A stretch of 64,000 bases of DNA from positions 50,034,001 through 50,098,000 of the forward strand of contig OZ024741.1 in the NCBI GenBank assembly GCA_964016885.1, read 5' to 3'. Origin of the DNA: Eledone cirrhosa. Its lineage: Eukaryota. Below the pieces are notes generated by a model. The model worked only from the letters and a program-made list of their open reading frames with translations, had not been told where the DNA came from and searched no databases. A program made the position numbers and the translations under genes. Numbering within the stretch: the first letter of the stretch is position 1; each line of letters starts with the position of its first letter. Of this stretch, positions 61,518 to 64,000 are shown piece after piece.

Positions 61518-64000
61518 CCACTCGGTCTTTAGTGGAGTGTAGTCCACTCTGTCTTTAGTGGAGTCCACTCTCTCTTTAGTGGAGTTCACTCTCTCTTTAG
61601 TAGAGTCCACTCTGTCTTTAGTGGAGTCCACTCTCTCTTTAGTGGAGTTCACTCTCTCTTTAGTGGAGTTCACTCTCTCTTTAGTGGAGTTCACTCTCTC
61701 TTTAGTGGAGTCCACTCTCTCTTTAGTGGAGTCCACTCTCTCTTTAGTGGAGTCCACTCTCTCTTTAGTGGAGTCCACTCAATCTTTAGTGGAGTCCACT
61801 CTCTCTTTAGTGTAGTCCACTCTGTCTTTAGTGGAGTCTACTCTGTCTTTAGTGGAGTCCACTCTGTCTTTAGTGGAGTTCACTCTTGTCTTTAGTGGAG
61901 TCCACTCTCTCTTTAGTGTAGTCCACTCTCTCTTTAGTGTAGTCCACTCTGTCTTTAGTGGAGTCCACTCTGTCTTTAGTGGAGTCCACTCTGTCTTTAG
62001 TGGAGTTCACTCTGTCTTTAGTATAGTCCACTCTGTCTTTAGTATAGTCCACTCTGTCTTTAGTGGAGTCCACACTCTCTTTAGTGTAGTCCACTCTGTC
62101 TTTAGTGGAGTTCACTCTGTCTTTAGTATAGTCCACTCTGTCTTTAGTGTAGTCCACTCTGTCTTTAGTGGGGTCCACTCTGTCTTTAGTGGAGTCCACT
62201 CTGTCTTTAGTGGAGTCCACTCTGTCTTTAGTGGAGTCCACTCTGTCTTTAGTGGGGTCCACTCTCTCTTTAGTGTAGTCCACTCTGTCTTTAGTGGAGT
62301 CCATTCTGTCTTTAGTGTAGTCCATTCTGTCTTTAGTGGAGTCCATTCTGTCTTTAGTGGAGTCCATTCTGTCTTTAGTGGAGTCCACTCTGTCTTTAGT
62401 GTAGTCCATTCTGTCTTTAGTGTAGTCCATTCTGTCTTTAGTGTAGTCCACTCTGTCTTTAGTGAAGTCCACTCTGTCTTTAGTGGAGTCCACTCTGTCT
62501 TTAGTGGAGTCCACTCTGTCTTTAGTGGAGTCCACTCTGTCTTTAGTGGAGTCCACTCTGTCTTTAGTGTAGTCCACTCTGTCTTTAGTGGAGTCCATTC
62601 TGTCTTTAGTGTAGTCCATTCTGTCTTTAGTGTAGTCCATTCTGTCTTTAGTGGAGTCCACTCTGTCTTTAGTGGAGTCCACTCTGTCTTTAGTGTAGTC
62701 CATTCTGTCTTTAGTGTAGTCCATTCTGTCTTTAGTGTAGTCCATTCTGTCTTTAGTGTAGTCCATTCTGTCTTTAGTGTAGTCCACTCTGTCTTTAGTG
62801 AAGTCCACTCTGTCTTTAGTGGAGTCCACTCTCTCTTTAGTGGAGTTCACTCTCTCTTTAGTGGAGTTCACTCTGTCTTTAGTGGAGTCCACTCTCTCTT
62901 TAGTGGAGTTCACTCTGTCTTTAGTGGAGTCCACTCTGTCTTTAGTGGAGTCCACTCTGTCTTTAGTGGAGTCCACTCTGTCTTTAGTGGAGTCCACTCT
63001 CTCTTTAGTGGAGTTCACTCTGTCTTTAGTATAGTCCACTCTCTCTTTAGTATAGTCCACTCTGTCTTTAGTGGAGTCCACACTCTCTTTAGTGTAGTCC
63101 ACTCTGTCTTTAGTGGAGTTCACTCTCTTTAGTGGAGTCCACTCTGTCTTTAGTGGAGTCCACTCTGTCTTTAGTGTAGTCCACTCTCTCTTTAGTATAG
63201 TCCACTCTGTCTTTAGTGGAGTCCACTCTCACTTTAGTGGAGTCCACTCTCTCTTTAGTGTAGTCCACTCTCTCTTTAGTGGGGTCCACTCTCTCTTTAG
63301 TGTAGTCCACTCTCTCTTTAGTGGGGTCCACTCTCTCTTTAGTGGGGTCCACTCTCTCTTTAGTGGGGTCCACTCTCTCTTTAGTGTAGTCCACTCTGTC
63401 TTTAGTGGAGTTCACTCTGTCTTTAGTGGGGTCCACTCTGTCTTTAGTGTAGTCCACTCTCTCTTTAGTGTAGTCCACTCTGTCTTTAGTGGGGTCCACT
63501 CTGTCTTTAGTGGAGTCCACTCTGTCTTTAGTGGAGTCCACTCTGTCTTTAGTGGAGTCCACTCTCTCTTTAGTGTAGTCCACTCTCTCTTTAGTGGGGT
63601 CCACTCTGTCTTTAGTAGAGTCCACTCTGTCTTTAGTGGAGTCCACTCTGTCTTTAGTGGAGTCCACTCTGTCTTTAGTATAGTCCACTCTGTCTTTAGT
63701 GGAGTCCACTCTGTCTTTAGTGGGGTCCACTCTGTCTTTAGTGGAGTCCACTCTCTCTTTAGTGTAGTCCACTCTGTCTTTAGTGGAGTCCACTCTGTCT
63801 TTAGTGGAGTCCACTCTGTCTTTAGTGGAGTCCACTCTATTTTTAGTGTAGTCCACTCTGTCTTTAGTGTAGTCCACTCTGTCTTTAGTGGAGTCCACTC
63901 TGTCTTTAGTATAGTCCACTCTGTCTTTAGTGTAGTCCACTCTGTCTTTAGTGGAGTCCACTCTGTCTTTAGTGTAGTCCACTCTGTCTTTAGTGTAGTC
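61518..64000. repeat. 21-bp tandem satellite with palindromic core, continues past the window end
   Basis: Unit CTTTAGTGGAGTCCACTCTGT with variants (GTA/GGG/GTT). AGTGGA-G-TCCACT is an inverted repeat. Confidence 0.98.

Noticed and set aside
61509-63982. Long ORFs (433, 417, 290 aa) such as (SVFSGVH)n and (DSTKDRV)n
   Set aside because: A by-product of a stop-free 21-bp tandem unit. There are no splice signals, unique domains or other coding evidence.
52082-64000. CRISPR-like arrays (palindromic 21-mer, 35-mer, 82-mer)
   Set aside because: The repeats are head-to-tail with no unique spacers, there are no cas genes, and the context is eukaryotic.

Overview
AT-rich, repeat-dense eukaryotic DNA. 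The SINE and RTE content suggests an octopus or other coleoid cephalopod (inference). The single host gene is an RBM45 orthologue on the + strand, reconstructed by hand as 11 coding exons (19147-59084, 1662 nt, 553 aa: RRM1-RRM2-Gly/Tyr-rich linker-HOA-RRM3-NLS) with consistent splice phases. Upstream lie two Ty3/Gypsy LTR retrotransposons (one full-length, nested three deep inside a hAT transposase remnant), a solo LTR, a CR1/L2-type LINE and MITEs. The introns hold RTE and CR1-type LINEs, mariners, tRNA-derived SINEs, Helitron and Penelope remnants (including a minimal hammerhead ribozyme motif) and several minisatellites. A 21-bp palindromic tandem array runs off the 3' end. Most notable: (1) a 57-bp in-frame, stop-free minisatellite that quadruplicates the exon 8 splice acceptor, potentially adding 19/38/57 aa into the HOA domain; (2) a complex ~1.1 kb inverted duplication in intron 1; (3) a prion-like Gly/Tyr insertion in RBM45. 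No prokaryotic systems or CRISPR arrays are present.
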